From positions 70,866,001 to 70,930,000 of the forward strand of contig JAGIQG010000001.1 of assembly GCA_024679065.1 (NCBI GenBank): a stretch of 64,000 nt of DNA, written 5' to 3'. The position numbers and the translations under genes are program-made. Positions 1 through 13,490 of the stretch are shown in pieces. Positions within the stretch are counted from its first letter, which is position 1; every line of letters starts with the position of its first letter. This DNA is from Sphyrna mokarran. Its lineage: Eukaryota. Under the pieces are notes generated by a model. It saw only the letters and a program-made list of their open reading frames with translations. It was not told the DNA's origin and did no database searches.

Positions 1-444
1 CAAAATGAATTTGAACTCATTTGTTCACATTTCATTTTTGTCAATATTCCAAAATGATTGGGTCCATTGTCATGAATGACAATGAGTTTTTAATGAAAGG
101 CCCTTCTCTTGAATGACAAAATGACATTTTAATGAGAAAGGCAGATGGGTTCAGAACGACAAAGATTATCTCCTATTATCCAGCTGACCTCTTTAACAAT
201 CTAAAATTGTTGCAGAATTTGAGATTATGACAGAGAGATTACTTTTAAAATAGAGGGTACACTTCAGATTAAAGAAAACTAATGTTCAGTGAACAAAGAT
301 TTATTAAAACATTGCTTCTGCTCACATTATCCCCAACCTTTGCTTCATTCAATCTTTCCTCTCAATTTCACACTCACGTTTTTATTATTTTAACTTCAAT
401 TTTATAATCTTCCTAACTATATTAAAACTACATTCAAACTGTAT

Positions 445-724
445 GGGTGGCACTGCTGCCTCACAGTTCCAGGAACCTGTGTTCAATTCCAGCCTTGGGT
501 GACTATGTAGAGTTTGCACATTCTCCCCATCTCTGTGGGTTTCCTTTGGATGGTCCAGTTTCCTCACGCAATACAAAGATGCGCAGGTTAAGTTGACCAT
601 GCAAAATTGTCCTTTAGTGTCAGGTAAATTTGTAGGGTATACTGGGATAGGGGGTGGGTGGATTTGTAATCGGTGCAGACTTGATGGGCCAAATGCACTG
701 CAGTGATTCTGTGATTCTATGATA
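445..724 (+). mobile_element. HE1-type V-SINE (tRNA head, V-domain, CR1-like tail)
   Basis: Head GGTGGCACTGCTGCCTCACAG..GTTCAATTCC, V-domain GAGTTTGCACATTCTCCCC..GGGTTTCC, tail GATGGGCCAAATG..GATTCTGTGATTCTATG. Confidence 0.85.
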
Positions 725-2077
725 TTGTTTGATTTCCACTGGAAAGATTGCTTTCTACTCCTCTGTTTATTCTCAAGGCTGGAAGCAGCTTTTCTTAAAA
801 AATTCTTAATTGATTTTAATTGGTTTATAGGGCGTAAGTTTCAATGTGTCCAAAGCTTTAAGATTGGCGCTGTTAGGGCCAGATTAATGTCTAGACTGTA
901 AAAGTATTTCAAAATGAGAGGGGTTCCTTCCAAGTTGAATCATCTATTTGGCAATACTGAATTCAACCACATCATGGTGAGGGTTAGTGAGAAACAATCT
1001 CTATTGATGTGCAAAACCTATACTGGTTGCAAATTATAAAGCTCAGGGCACTTAATGGTGCTGCAATATAGTGTCTGCTTGGTTGCTAAATTTCCATAAG
1101 GAGCTCATAGTTTAACAGATGGGTAGATGTGTCTGCTGAAATGGATTGTGTACAGTGGCAAATATATGGGATAATGCCTAATGTTCTGTGATGAGAATTG
1201 TTATCCATGCAGCCTGGAAAACATTCAGGCAAGATTAAAATGAAATGCCAGCTAGAAACTGCTTTGGCTCTCAGAAGCTAAAAGAGGTCAGAGGAGCTTG
1301 TGTACGAACTTAAAAAATGTTTTTTTTTATTTCCTGCCTTTTGGATATGATAGTCTAAACCATGGCACCAGGCTCCATATTGATTTCCTAATAATGGCTA
1401 TTGAACTTTCTGTTTATTTAGTGGAAAATACCACATTCCAAAGTCACTTAATGGTGTACTTTCCGTGCCAATAGATCAGCACCACATTCAGTGAAGGGGT
1501 AAATGACTTCCATTCTGCATCATTCCAGCACTTCCTGGCATGGTTCCAACAAGAATGCAACAAGACGCATGGAAATTTAGAGAGGTAGGGAAATGAACCT
1601 GATGTTTTAACAAAGTTACTGATCTATTTAAAATAACCCAGCTTCTGCTAAAATAACAGAGATGAATTTGACACAAGCATGTATTCTTTTATATGATAAC
1701 ATTACCAACAGTAACTTCTAGTCTATATTGATTTGCCAATAGTCACTTTGGCGGATCAGTTTGACATTAGTGCAGCAGTGGCACAGTAAAATGTGTGCTT
1801 TCTGACCTCAAGAGAGAGAGAAAGAATTCTAGCTAAGGAGCAAAAGATTTACCTTAATAACAGATTTGGGGAAAAACACTAAGATTTACTGGAACAAGTT
1901 TTGTGCGTAGAGGTGCAGGAGCAGCAGTTTTGGGAGACTGTTTTAACTTCACAGCACACACCATTTATCTTTTCCAGCCCATTCCCCTGCCGTTAGGTCA
2001 GTCTGATTGGCTGGCCTGGCTCCCTTTTGAGCAGGAAAACTCTGAGCACATCAGGGGCTAGGACCAAGTAGGGAACT

Positions 2078-2325
2078 TCAGAGGGTCTCAGAATTGTGAC
2101 AGTGCAGAAGGAGGCCACGTGGCTCATCATGTCTGCACTGGCTCTCCAAACAAGCATCACAACTTAGTGCTATTCCTCCGATTTTTGCCCGCCTCTTCAC
2201 ATTATTTTGTATCAAGTAATCATCTAATGCTCTCTTGAATACCTCGATTGAACCTGCCTCTACCACACTTCCAGACAGTACATTCTACTCATTGTATTGA
2301 AATAAGATTTTCTACATTGCACTTG
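2078..2325 (-). mobile_element. CR1 LINE 3' fragment
   Basis: ORF 2078-2266 gives VVEAGSIEVFKRALDDYL (CR1 ORF2 C-terminus) followed by a CR1-type 3' UTR. Confidence 0.8.
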
Positions 2326-3095
2326 CAGATGGAATTGCATGAACATTGGGGGATGTGGGGGACTGCTCACCAGACCTTGGATGGGAGGGAGATAGTTTCC
2401 AATCTTGAATCCCAGTGAGATGTTTATTTGATGCTGATAGGAAAGCTATAAGTTTGTTATGCTGGACTGGGAGGAAATGTTTCTATTTGTTCTGTCTTAC
2501 AAACTGCAATATTCTTTGCCATTTCCACAAACCAGCCTTCACCTTGCTTTAGCTGCTGGATTTCAATCTGTAATCTGTTCCAGGAAACCTAGCTGGCCAG
2601 GATTACAGATTGGAAATTAATTAAATCAAAAGCCTGTGGCCTGTTAGTAATATGAAATGTTCAATCTGCATGAGAATGGCATGCATATCTACCTCCCAAC
2701 TTGTCTCCATTAAAAAGTGGAAATGGATGGGATGCTGGGAACAATTTAGGGATATTTTGAATGTTCATATCTCAACCCAAGCCTAAATTCACTAATTTTT
2801 GTAGTTAAGATTCCTTCAATGTCTGCTGAGATTTATAACCCAACTCAATTACAGACCGAAAGAGACGAGGAGATATCTGCTGTCCAAACACTTTAAACAA
2901 TTCAAGCACTCAGCTAGATCTGGTGGAACATATTCTGAGATGCTGGGATAATGGGAGCAAAGGGAAGGGCTATCTAATGGGTGTTGATTGGTTACATAAG
3001 AACGAGAAGCAAATTAAACATTAAGGGGATTATAGTATGTAAAATCGAGTTAGAATTGAAGGATAGAGGAAGATTGGACAAAGATTATAGATCAT

Positions 3096-3232
3096 GGCCA
3101 AATTGTCCAATGTTGTACATCCCCTCCTCCCACTACCAGCAAGAATGAAGAATTTGGCACCCAGCCAAAACTCTATTCACTGCCGCGGGATCAGTAAATC
3201 CCAGCTGTAGGTGAGGTTAGTGAATTCCAGCA
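3096..3232. mobile_element. Short MITE, probably Harbinger-derived
   Basis: Core AGAATTTGGCACCCAGCCAAAACTCTATTCACTGC recurs at about 31190 and 58840 between degenerate inverted ends. Confidence 0.6.
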
Positions 3233-3414
3233 CACAGCATTATAAATCACAATACCATTGAGCCATGAGCTCCTATTAATCTCTATGACATTTCTGTCAA
3301 AATTAATGTAATGCTACATGTTCTTGGCCATTCAACTCTTTGAAAAAGTTTCTTGACAATGCAACTTTGCCAGTGACTATGGAAAGTAATACCTACACTA
3401 ATACCTACATTAAT

Positions 3415-3640
3415 ATCTTAGAAAGGCACAGAGTAATCAAGAACAGCCAGAACGGATTTATGGGCGGATCATGTCTGATTAATTTGATTGAATATTTGAG
3501 AAGGTAACGAGGAGGATTGATGAGGGTGATTCAGTTTTTGTGCCCCACATGGATTTTAGTAAAAGGTTTTAACAAGATCCCACATGACAGATTGAGTAAT
3601 AGAATAAAAACCCAAGGAATCCAGGGGAATATAACAAGTT
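3415..3640 (+). mobile_element. CR1 RT fragment
   Basis: Degenerate SQ.GF.GRSCL.NLIE.FE.V and GFNKIPHDRL..RIKTQGIQG motifs. Confidence 0.75.
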
Positions 3641-3924
3641 TCAAATGGTGCCCCAAACTGAAAGTAAAGAGACAGGACCTCGACACACGCTTGGACATTG
3701 GGATTCCCCCACAAACAAGGGAAAGATCCCCAATCCGCTTGCACATGGGATCTGGCTCCTCCCCACCACTAAAGATTTGGGTCAGACCTCCCAAACCATA
3801 CAAGCATCAGAATGACCATCCCACTCCATCCTCGCTGGCATTGGATCTTTGGGTCATTAGGCATCCTCCCCCACCCATCCTTCTAGCATCTGTTGTCATC
3901 CCTGTCCCCTCTTAATTGCTAGCT

Positions 3925-5085
3925 TCCAACAATTGCAATCTTCTTCCTTTGTGCTTGGTATGAGTTTAACCAGTGGAGAGTTTTCCCTCTGATTCCCATT
4001 GATTTCAATTTTGCCAGGGCTCCTTGATGCCAAACTTATTTAAATTGTGCCTTGATGTTAAAGGTAGCCATTCTCACTTTACCAAGGCTGTAATGAGATC
4101 AAGAGCTGATTGGCCCTGGTGAAACCCAAATTATACATCAGTGAATAGGTTATTACTCTGCAAACGTTGCATGATAAATCTATTGACAACAGCTTCCGAC
4201 ACTTCCTGACAATCAAAAGTACACTGCTGAAAGAGTAATTGGTTAGACTTGATTTGTCCTGTTTGTTGTGGACAGGACATATTTGGTTAATTTTTCAAGT
4301 TCTCAGTCGGATGCCAGTCTTTTGGCTGTGTTGGATCAGCTTGACTAATTTTAGAGCAGAAGGCTTCAGTATTGTTGCTGTGACATTGTCATCCTGTATT
4401 TGGCTTTATCCAGTGCCTTCAGATGTTTCCTAGTATCATGTGATGTGAATTGAATTGGTTGAAGACTGACATCTGTGAAACTGAGAACTTCAGGAAGGGG
4501 CTGAACTGGATCATCCATTTTGTAATTCTGGGTGATTGCATTGATGTGCTAGGCTCTCCACCATTGTGGATAGGAATATTTGTGGGATTTCCTCTTCTAG
4601 TTATTTGTATCGTAATCCACCAGCATTCATGACTGGATGTTGCAGGATTGCAACGTTTTGACCTGACCCATTGGTTGCAGGATCACTTTTTCAGTCCATG
4701 TGCTGGTTCTGGTGTTTGGCACGCATATAGTTCTGTTTTGCAGCTTCACCAGGTTGGCATCATTTTTAGGTATACCTGGTGCTATTCCTAGCGTGTTCTC
4801 CTGCACTCTTCATTAACCGAAGGTTGATGGTTATGGTAGAGCAATAGACATGCCAGCCAAGGCTATGTACAGATTATGCTTAGATACAATTTTACTGCTA
4901 ATGATAGTTCACATATGGTCAAGAAAACCAGGTTTTGAGCTGTCCTGAATCTATCCAATTTAAAACATGATGGAAGATAACATGAAGATGGGACTTATTC
5001 TTCACAAGGACAATGCAATGTCACTCTTACCAATACTGACATGAACAGATAGATCTGTGGCAGGTAGATTGGTGAGGACAAAGCT
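3925..5085 (-). mobile_element. LINE (L2/CR1 group) ORF2 fragment
   Basis: Minus strand encodes a decayed RT region resembling DIKA.F..VWHQGALAKL.SMGIRGKTLHWL; family appears related to pieces at 59.6-60.5 kb. Confidence 0.7.
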
Positions 5086-5267
5086 CTGGCCAATATTTAT
5101 CTTTCAAACAACATCATAAAAAAAAAACAGACTATATGGTTATTATCACATTGCTGTTTGTGAGGGGCTACTGAACTCAAATGAACTGCTGCATTTTGTG
5201 CATTACAATAAAGATTGCACATCATTGGCAGTAAAGCATTTTGGGATGTTGAGTGGCCAGGAATATT

Positions 5268-6080
5268 ACAAAGACAAAGATCAACATAGCACTGGAAACA
5301 GGCCCTTTGGCCCCAGAAGCCCACACTGCTCATTTTAACACTCAATGAATGCCTCATTCCAATCCTTCTTCTACCTACGTCTATATCTCATGGACTCCAT
5401 GATAAAGCGGTGCAAATTTAGAGAATTTTGTGTGTGCCAGATTAAGGAAGATCCAATTTAGAGACAATTTATTAACACCAATCAGCTTAAAAGCACGTTT
5501 TTGGGATATGGGAGAAAACCAGAGCACCTGGAGAAAACCCATGCAAACACAGGGAGAATGTGCAAACTCCCACAGATCCGACCCGGTCCCTGGAACTGCA
5601 CAGCAAACAGTGATAGTCACTGAGCTGTCGTGTTGCCTGTCAATTGGTCCAGTTTAAGCATGCACTAACGACATGAAGCACTACTCTCAAAGCAACATCC
5701 AAGAGCAGCTCTCGCACGACCCCCTGCATGTATGTGCCTTGTTGGCCAACAAGGCGGACAGAATCAGCTGTGGATGTAAAAAAGAGACATCAATAAACAA
5801 ACAACAGTCTATACAGACATTAATGGAAGATCCCCAGTAGCTCCAGTGTGAGAGACAGGTGAGCCATAAAATATGTTGGACAGCCCATTGGAATCTATTA
5901 ATTCCCAGGAACATCCTGAGGCTCTTGATCCTTGTTTTCTATCCCTCCATCTCAAGACTGCTCATGTGCCTATCCAGGTAAGCCTTAAACAACTCTAGTG
6001 TGTCTGCCTCCACCATCCTACTTGGCAGTGCAATCCAGGCCCCCACCACCCTCTGAGTGAAAAACCTCCCTCTAACATCT
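5268..6080 (-). mobile_element. 5'-truncated CR1 with 7-bp TSD, itself interrupted at about 5388-5937
   Basis: CR1 tail 5268-5387; ORF2 end (F.QRVVGAWIALPSRMVEADTLELFKAYLDRHM) at 5940-6080; TSD GAATATT. Confidence 0.8.
5390..5640 (-). mobile_element. V-SINE variant with atypical 3' tail
   Basis: Reverse V-domain GAAAACCCATGCAAACACAGGGAGAATGTGCAAACTCC; head ends near 5637. Confidence 0.7.
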
Positions 6081-6279
6081 GAATATTGCTATATAAATGA
6101 AATTATTTCTTTTCCTTTTTATCAAATGGTGGTACAGTCTTGAAAGGCAGAACAGTGTACTCCTGATCCTAATTCTTTGTTTATATGTTCTAATTCTGCC
6201 ACTAATGTTGGGGTTGAAGTTAAAACAATATCAGCAGGTTCAACAAGAATCTGATCTTATAACTGACACATGAAGACAA

Positions 6280-7560
6280 GACATACTGTGGGAGAATTGT
6301 AAAAGTCACCTCCAAAATGGTCTTCAGAATATAGAAAGTAAGTAGTGAAAGCAAACTCTCAGAACAAGTACTCTGAAGCAATAGTTTTCACATGGATAGG
6401 CAAGGAAGCAGGTTTGAAGTTTCAGCACTGCAGGAAATTATTGTCTCTCATTTTTTCAGCCCTCTCTTTATTGTGTTGCTTTGCTTCTAGTGTTGAATTC
6501 TAGGAAGCTACGGAAACTCCAGCACCATTAAAAAAATTTATTTCATCCAAAGCAAATTGCTTCAATTGTTACTGAATTCTAACTAACACAATTCACCTGT
6601 TATCGGGATTACTTTTCTCTTCCTCAAGGTTCAAGCATTATGTCAATACTTCAATAATCTCTGCCATTTTAGTGTTTACTTTTAAATCTATTTCTAAATT
6701 CTCTGCCTCTGCCTTCAGATTAACATTTGGTCATTATTACAAAGCATTCACAGATAGGCCCTCTCTTCCTTTCGAAGTATGATATGAAATAGCCATGCCA
6801 ACTGTCCAATGTATTTGGCAAAAGTAAACATGAAATCTTGTTTATTTAATCCCTGACAAAGTTAAAACAAATACCAGAGTACCCATTCCTAACCTCTGTA
6901 TTTGTATCCTACAAGATACCTCAATTTGTTATGATCTCTGTCAAGACTGATAATAGGACTTGAATTCCCAATGACCAACTTAAAGGAATCATATGACATT
7001 TCAAGTTTTAAAATTTTACTGTAATAAAAAAATTAAATCAACATGAATTAAACATTACTTATGATGCAACTAATTCTTTAAATACACAAACGTTTATTCG
7101 TGTCTTAATACAACCAATGAACCTTCACCACATATACATGACTTCAGTATTGCAATCTTTATAGGAAACAGTCTAAAGTCACTCCCAGCTTCCAATGGAT
7201 TCACTGTTCCCTATTTTACTGAGTTATAACATCCAGTGATCACTGAATGTCCTGCCTCTTAATCTTCTGGGAATCCAGAACCCATTTCCAGCAGCACAGC
7301 TCACTCCACTGATTCTTTTCCCCAACCACAAATCTTTCGGAGTTTTAAATTTCCAAAGTTCCACTTCTGTGATTAGAGAATGCCTTTGCATTCATATTCT
7401 GACTAGTTACCAACAACAAAAAGCTTTTTCTCTCTGGTGACCACTGGTTTGCATGTGTCTCCCTTTGGGCTTTCTGTCTGCCCAGGGTATTTTAATCAAG
7501 CTGCCTGGGAGTCTCTTAAGTTTAGACAAAGCAAGGACAGCTACCTGTCTCTTTGGACTC
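6280..7560 (-). mobile_element. Gypsy-type LTR (about 6927-7560) with degenerate PBS and gag N-terminal remnant
   Basis: TGTTATGATC at 6927; adjacent 6906-6923 matches the reverse complement of a tRNA-Pro PBS at 11/18; minus-strand NLKAEAENLEIDLKVNTKMAEIIEVL resembles a fish Gypsy gag start. Confidence 0.45.
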
Positions 7561-7569
7561 TGGTGTGAA

Positions 7570-7975
7570 ATCTGCTGCTTATGGTTCCTATGAATTGCCA
7601 TACAAATATCATCTGCTGTGATTGGCAACTCATTTACATAAAAAAAGTATATCTTCCCTGTTGGACTGTATTCTGAGATGAATGGCAATTTAGACACTTC
7701 ATTGGCAATACAATGGTTGTCTGACTGCCTGTACTTAATGTTATAATTATAAGCCATCAAAATTAAAGCCCATCTCTGTGCTCAGGTTGGCAGCCAAAGT
7801 AGATAGTGGAGTCTTTGGATTGAAAATAGCTGCCAGTGGCTTATGATGAGTTTTGGCTGTGAAACTGTGGCCACAAAAGTATTTATGAACTCTTCTTACT
7901 CAAAAATTATTAGACAATGCTTCATGTTCTACCTGAGTGTCACGCACATTGAGGGTGCAAGAGGCCTTTTGTGCA
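7570..7975 (-). pseudogene. Gypsy pol RNase H fragment
   Basis: Frameshifted QVEHEAL.IIF.V..FHKYFCGHSF...HHKPLAAIFNP....LAA...RWALILMAYNYNIKYR. Confidence 0.8.
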
Positions 7976-7991
7976 TTAGGATGACCATTTA

Positions 7992-10357
7992 GAGTCATAG
8001 AGGCTTACAACATGAAAACAGACCCTTCAGCCCAACTTGTGCTTACTGCCCTTTTTTTAAAGCCCCTAACCGAGTCTCAATTGCCAGTATTTGGCCCAAA
8101 TCCCTCTATACCCATCTTACTGTCTAAATGTTTTTTTAAAAGACAAAATTGTATCACCTCTACTATTATGTCTAGCAGACTGTTCCAGACACTCACTACC
8201 ATCTATGTGAAAAAATTGCCCCTCTGGACACTTTTGCATCTCTCCTCTTCACATTAAACTTATGTCCTCTAGTTTTAGATTCCCCTACCTTTCGGAAAAG
8301 ATATTGACTTTTTAGGTGTTCTATGCCCTTCATTATTTTATAGACCTCTATAAGGTCACCCCTCAGCCTTCCATGTTCCAGAGAAAAAAGTCCCAGTCTA
8401 TGCAGTCTCTTCTTATAATTCAAACCATCAAGTCCATTCTAGTAAATCTCTTCCGTACTTATTCTAGTTTAATAATATCCTTTCTACAATAAGGTGACCA
8501 GAACTGAACATAGTATTCCTAGTGTGGCCTTACCAATATCTTGTACAACTTCACAACAAAATGTTCCAACTCCTGTACTCAATGTTCTGACCAACGAAAC
8601 CAAGCATGCTGAATGCCTTTTTCACCACTCTGTCCACACGTGACTCAACTTTCAAGAAGCTATGAACGTGTACCCCTAGATCTCTTCATTCTGTAACTCT
8701 CCCCAAAGCCCGACCATTAACTAAGAAGTCCTACCCTGATTCAATCTACCAAAATGCATCACCTCACATTTATCTAAATTAAACTCCCTCTGTCATTCAT
8801 CAGCCACTGGCCCAAATGATCAAGATCCGTTTGCAACCAATAATCTTCTTTACTGTCTACTATGCCACCAATCTTGGTGTCATATACAAACAGCACCAGT
8901 CCCTGAGTTACACCGCTGGTCACAGGTCTCCAGTTTGAAAAACAACCCTCTACAACCATCCTCTGGCTTCTATCATCAAGCCAGTTTTTTATTCATTTAG
9001 ATACCTCATCCTAGATATCATAAGGCTCAAGTTTATGCAACCATGTGGTACCTTGTCAAAGGACTTGCTAAAGTCCACGTAGACAACATCAACTGCATTG
9101 CCCTCCTCTCTTCTTGGTTACTCCTTCAAAGAACTCAATCAGATTTGTGAGACATGATTTTCCATTCACAAAGCCATGCTAACTGTCCCTGATCAGTCCT
9201 TGCATCTCTAAATGACTGTAGATCCTATCTCTCAAAATACCTTCCAATGACTTACCGACCAGAGATGTGAAGTTCACCGGCCTGTATTTCCCAGTCTTTT
9301 CCCTGCAGCTTTTCTTAAACAAAGGCAAAACATTTGTCACCCTCCAATCTTTGGGCATTTCAACTGTGACTATCGACGATTCAAATATCTCAGCTAGAGG
9401 ACTCGCAATTTTCTCGCTAGCTTCCCAAAAGTCCTGGGATACACTTCTTCAAATCCTAGAGATTTATCTGCCTTGATGTGCTTTAAGACTTCCAGCATCT
9501 CCTTCTCTGTAATATGCACACTCCTCAAGATATCACTATTTATGTCCCCAAGTTCCCTAACATCCATGCTTTTCTCAACAGTAAATACTGATGAGAAATA
9601 TTCATTTAGGATCTTACCCATCTCTTGTGGATCTGCACAGAGATGACCTTGTTGGTTCTTAAGAAACCCTACTCTCTCCCTTGTTACTCTTTCAGCCTTT
9701 ATGTATTTGTAGAAGCTCTTTGGATTCTCCTTTGTCTTATCTGCCAAAAGAATATCTTGTCTTCTTTTTGCCCTCCTGATTTCTCTCTTAACTCTACTCC
9801 TATACCCCCTGTACTTGTCAAGAGGTTCACTTGATCCTAACTGCCTATGCATGTCACATACCTTCTTCTTCTTCTTGACCAGGGCCTCAATATCCCAAGT
9901 CATCCAGGGTTCATACTTCTGCCAGTCTTGGTCTTCACTCTAAGAGGAATGTGTTTACCTTGAACTGTGGTTAACACACTTTTGAAAGCCTCCCACTTAC
10001 CAGAGCTCTCTTTGCCCTACCAAAGTCTCCCCCAACTAACTTTTGACAGTTCCTGCCTGATACCATCAAAATTGGCCTTGCTCCAATTTATAATTTTTAC
10101 TTTTGAGCAGACCTATATTCTCCATAGCTATCTTAAAACTAATAGAATTATGGTTACTGGTTGCAAAGTAATCCCTCACCAACACTTCTGTCACCTGCCT
10201 TTCCTTATTTCCCAAGAAGAGGTCAAGGTTTGTCCCCTTTCTAGTTGGGCCATCCACTTACTGAATGAGAAATTCTTCCTGAATACACTCAACAAATTTC
10301 TCTCCATCTAACCCTCTAATATTACAGCTGTCCCAGTTGATGTTGGGGAAGTTAAAA
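7992..10357 (-). mobile_element. CR1 LINE, about 2.4 kb, 5'-truncated inside the endonuclease domain
   Basis: FNFPNINWD, KENPKSFYKYIK, ILNEYFSSVFT, VTSGVTQG, LGLFSLEHGRLRGDLIEVYKIMKG; TSD GACCATTTA at 7983-7991 and 10358-10366. Confidence 0.92.
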
Positions 10358-11766
10358 GACCATTTAAGCTGATGATTTTCTATTCTTCTTTTTGTCTCTG
10401 AATGGCGAAGGAAGATTATTGCAGTGAAATAGCAGTACATATTTAGACATTTCATGTTGGTACTTACAGCACTGGATACAAAGCCAGAAGAAAGGGAATC
10501 TACATCTTCAAATCACAGGATCCCTCATAGTAGCAAAAAATTGAAATCCTGACTTTGAGCTTGATCCCTGCTTAGATGGTAATCTGTTGTTTTGTCGATA
10601 AAATCAATGGGATAATATGCACTAAGTAATGTTTCATCAAGATTAGATAAACATTACACACTTAATGTTCCACTTTGTCTGTACTAATATCTGAAATCCC
10701 GAGGAGAATCTTAAAAAATCCACTAGAAAGAACTTCAGTTTCAACCATAAATAATGAAGAATGGCTTGCATCAACTCTTAAAAAATAACAGTTCTTTAAC
10801 TGTGAGCACCAAAGCTGCTGAGTAGGATATGGCAAGAGCTACGAACAGCTGAATAATGCAATGCAGAATTAAGCCATTCAATCCATAGCTCTCTATTCTC
10901 TGAAAGTGCAGTGCAATTATTGCCACTCTCCTACTCTTTCCCCATATAATCCTGTAATTTTTTTCCAGTTCAAGTATTCATTATTATGTTTTGAAAATTA
11001 TTATTAAATAGGCTTCTGCTGCCCTTTTCTGCATGCATCCCAGATCATAAGAACAACCTGCATAATAAACTAATCTCCTCATCTCAGTTCTGGTTCTATC
11101 AGCCCTGTCTTTAGTGCAGTGGATTTGTTTTATTTTGCTTCTTAATAGGTGGATGTACACCCACTCCTCAGGATCCTGCAATGTCCCAATTCCTTCTCAG
11201 TTCTATCCCTTTTTCAGCTGCCAAAGACCCTCATTCTATTCCAAAACTTATGAACTTGCTCAGTTCCTCTCGCACTCCACATTCAGGCAGTATTTGTAAC
11301 AGTTGTGTTTCACGTTCTATTGGCGGTACAAACATTGTTGCTCCAGTGTTTCCCCCTTCACTCTGTTTCTACGAATGAAATAGTGATCGCTTCAGGATAA
11401 AAATGGATAAATAGGGATGATTGATTTTTCAAAACAAAAATAAGGCAAAACCATTTGTAAAGGGAACAGTGAAAGCAATCAGATTGGGCTCCTATTTGGG
11501 CACCTATAGAGGAGCAGGAGTGCGTCATTTGGTCCTTTGAACCTGCTCCTCTATTCAACGTGATCATGGCTGACCAAATTCTCAGGATGAAACAAAGGTT
11601 CAGTAATGCGTTCAGGATCAGAACGGTGCATGTTGTTAAAACATGGACTCTCTATCCAGATTCTCGCTGCAGGTATAGGTGTACAGTAGTTTTAAGTGAA
11701 CCAAGTATACAATGTGATTTCCAAGACACTCCACTATTCAGTATAACAATCAAAGCAAATGAAATA

Positions 11767-11982
11767 TGTAACAATTTTAATCAGGCAATTGAGATTGACC
11801 TCCTTGAATAGGAACTCCCTGATTAAGGGCCATGTTGATGGTCCAATCAGAGAGCCCCATGCTCTGTGTGTAAACAGGAGTGTCAGTTCCTCTGGCATTT
11901 TGGACACTCCGTATAGTGTTATTGGATTTTGTAAATAAAGGAATTTTGGTGAAGGGACTTCTGTCTCTGAGGCCTTATTACA
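11767..11982 (+). mobile_element. Probable short solo LTR
   Basis: TGTAA...TTACA inverted termini, internal CCAATCAG box and AATAAA at about 11934; no clean TSD. Confidence 0.55.
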
Positions 11983-12429
11983 AAATCCCTTACACTGGGT
12001 TAATTTGGACCACTAAAAAATCTGTTGACCTTGAGCAGGAATTCAAGGTGGATAGTACTGGAAAATCCCACCCAGTTTAAAGTATAGTAGCAGGAAAATA
12101 TTGTTTGTGCAGACTCAATGTGCTAAAGGGCCTTTTCTGCACTGCATGGCTCTATGACTCTAGGGCCCCAATAACTGACTCATTGAGACTCAGAAAAATA
12201 TAGAATCTCAAAATCTAAACCTAATGTTTGTAAACTAAGTATAATAGAGAGGTAAACTGTTTGTAGCTTGATTCCCTCTTTCCATTACAATTCAAGTAGT
12301 AATTATTGCTAACGAGGGATTTTTATATTTATTTATCCCATTCAGAGAGGACAGATTTTCATTTTTAGAACAGAAAACAAGCTGTAACTTTTAAAGAAAT
12401 TAGCAAATGAAAGAAAAAGGCATTCAAAG

Positions 12430-13490
12430 TGTAACTGAGAAAGGAGATGAGAGGCAGATGAAATGTAATTCAGAGAAGTGAAAAGTGATACACTTCAGTG
12501 GGAAGAGTGAGAAGGCACCAATAAATTTACAATTTACAATAGTAATAAACAATTATAGGGAATCTAGGATCAGAGAGAGCTGGGGTTGTATAAGGACATG
12601 AGCAGGTTGAGAAGGTGTTAAAATATATACATGTTCTAAGGTTTTATAAATAGAGCCATAGAAGACAAGAGCAGGAATGTTTTGATTAACCTTTCATAAA
12701 GTAATAGTTCAACATTAACCAGAGTACTTTGCTTCTTTCTAAGTGCCAGATTTTAAAAAGGATGTCAAGGCTTTGAGATGAAGCAGAAAGTATCTATGAG
12801 AATGATTAATAGACAGGAGAAGCTGGGGTTCCCCTTAAAGAAGAAAAGACTGAGAGAAGATTTGATTGCGATGTTTAAAACTGTGAACAGTTTAGATAGA
12901 AACTGTTTCCATTGGTAAAAATATCGAGAACCTAAGAATAATGTTTTAAGGTATTTAGCAAAAGAACCAAAGGTGAGATAGAATCATAGAATAGTTAGAG
13001 AAGGCCATTTTGTCTATCGTGTCTTTACAAGAGCAACTCACTTAGCCCTGTTCCCCTACCTTTCTCATGTAGCCCTGCAGTTTACTTCTCTTCAGATATT
13101 TATGCAATTCTGTTTTAAAAGCAAAACTTGAATCTGCCTCCACCACACATTGATGCAGGTAATTACAAATCCTAGCCCCTCACTACATAAAAATGTTTTC
13201 CCCATACTTCTTTTGCCAATCGTCTTAACTGAGTGTCCTCTAAGAAAAACCTTCTTATGCAGTGAGTGCTTACAGGCAGGGTTGCACCGCCTGAGAGGTG
13301 ATGAAGACAGATACAATTGTGGCTTTTAAAAGAGAATTAGATAAGCAGCTTAAGAAAATGAAATTGCAGGGTTGCAGTAGAGGGTGCGGAATTGGACCAG
13401 CTAAATTGCTCTTGCAGATAACTGTCACAGTCTTGTCAAGCTGAATGGCCTTCTTCAGTGGTGTAACAATCCACAATTCTATGTAGCAAG
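12430..13490 (+). mobile_element. Old CR1 3' region with a nested antisense CR1 tail (about 12979-13240)
   Basis: Degenerate QMKCNSEK..VIHF, KKRLREDLIAMFK; ATAGAATCATAGAA tail in reverse at 12979; + copy resumes at about 13241. Confidence 0.7.

Larger units (their letters stand above)
5086..6115 (+). mobile_element. DeuSINE (SacSINE1-like) 3' half, split by the insertion at 5268-6080
   Basis: CACATTGCTGTTTGTG..CATTACAA..CATTGGCAGTAAAGCATTTTGGGATG at 5147-5250; tail GCTATATAAATG resumes at 6088; GAATATT duplicated at 5261-5267 and 6081-6087. Confidence 0.7.

Noticed and set aside
445-500. tRNA genes suggested by A/B-box-like motifs
   Set aside because: These are SINE heads with no cloverleaf
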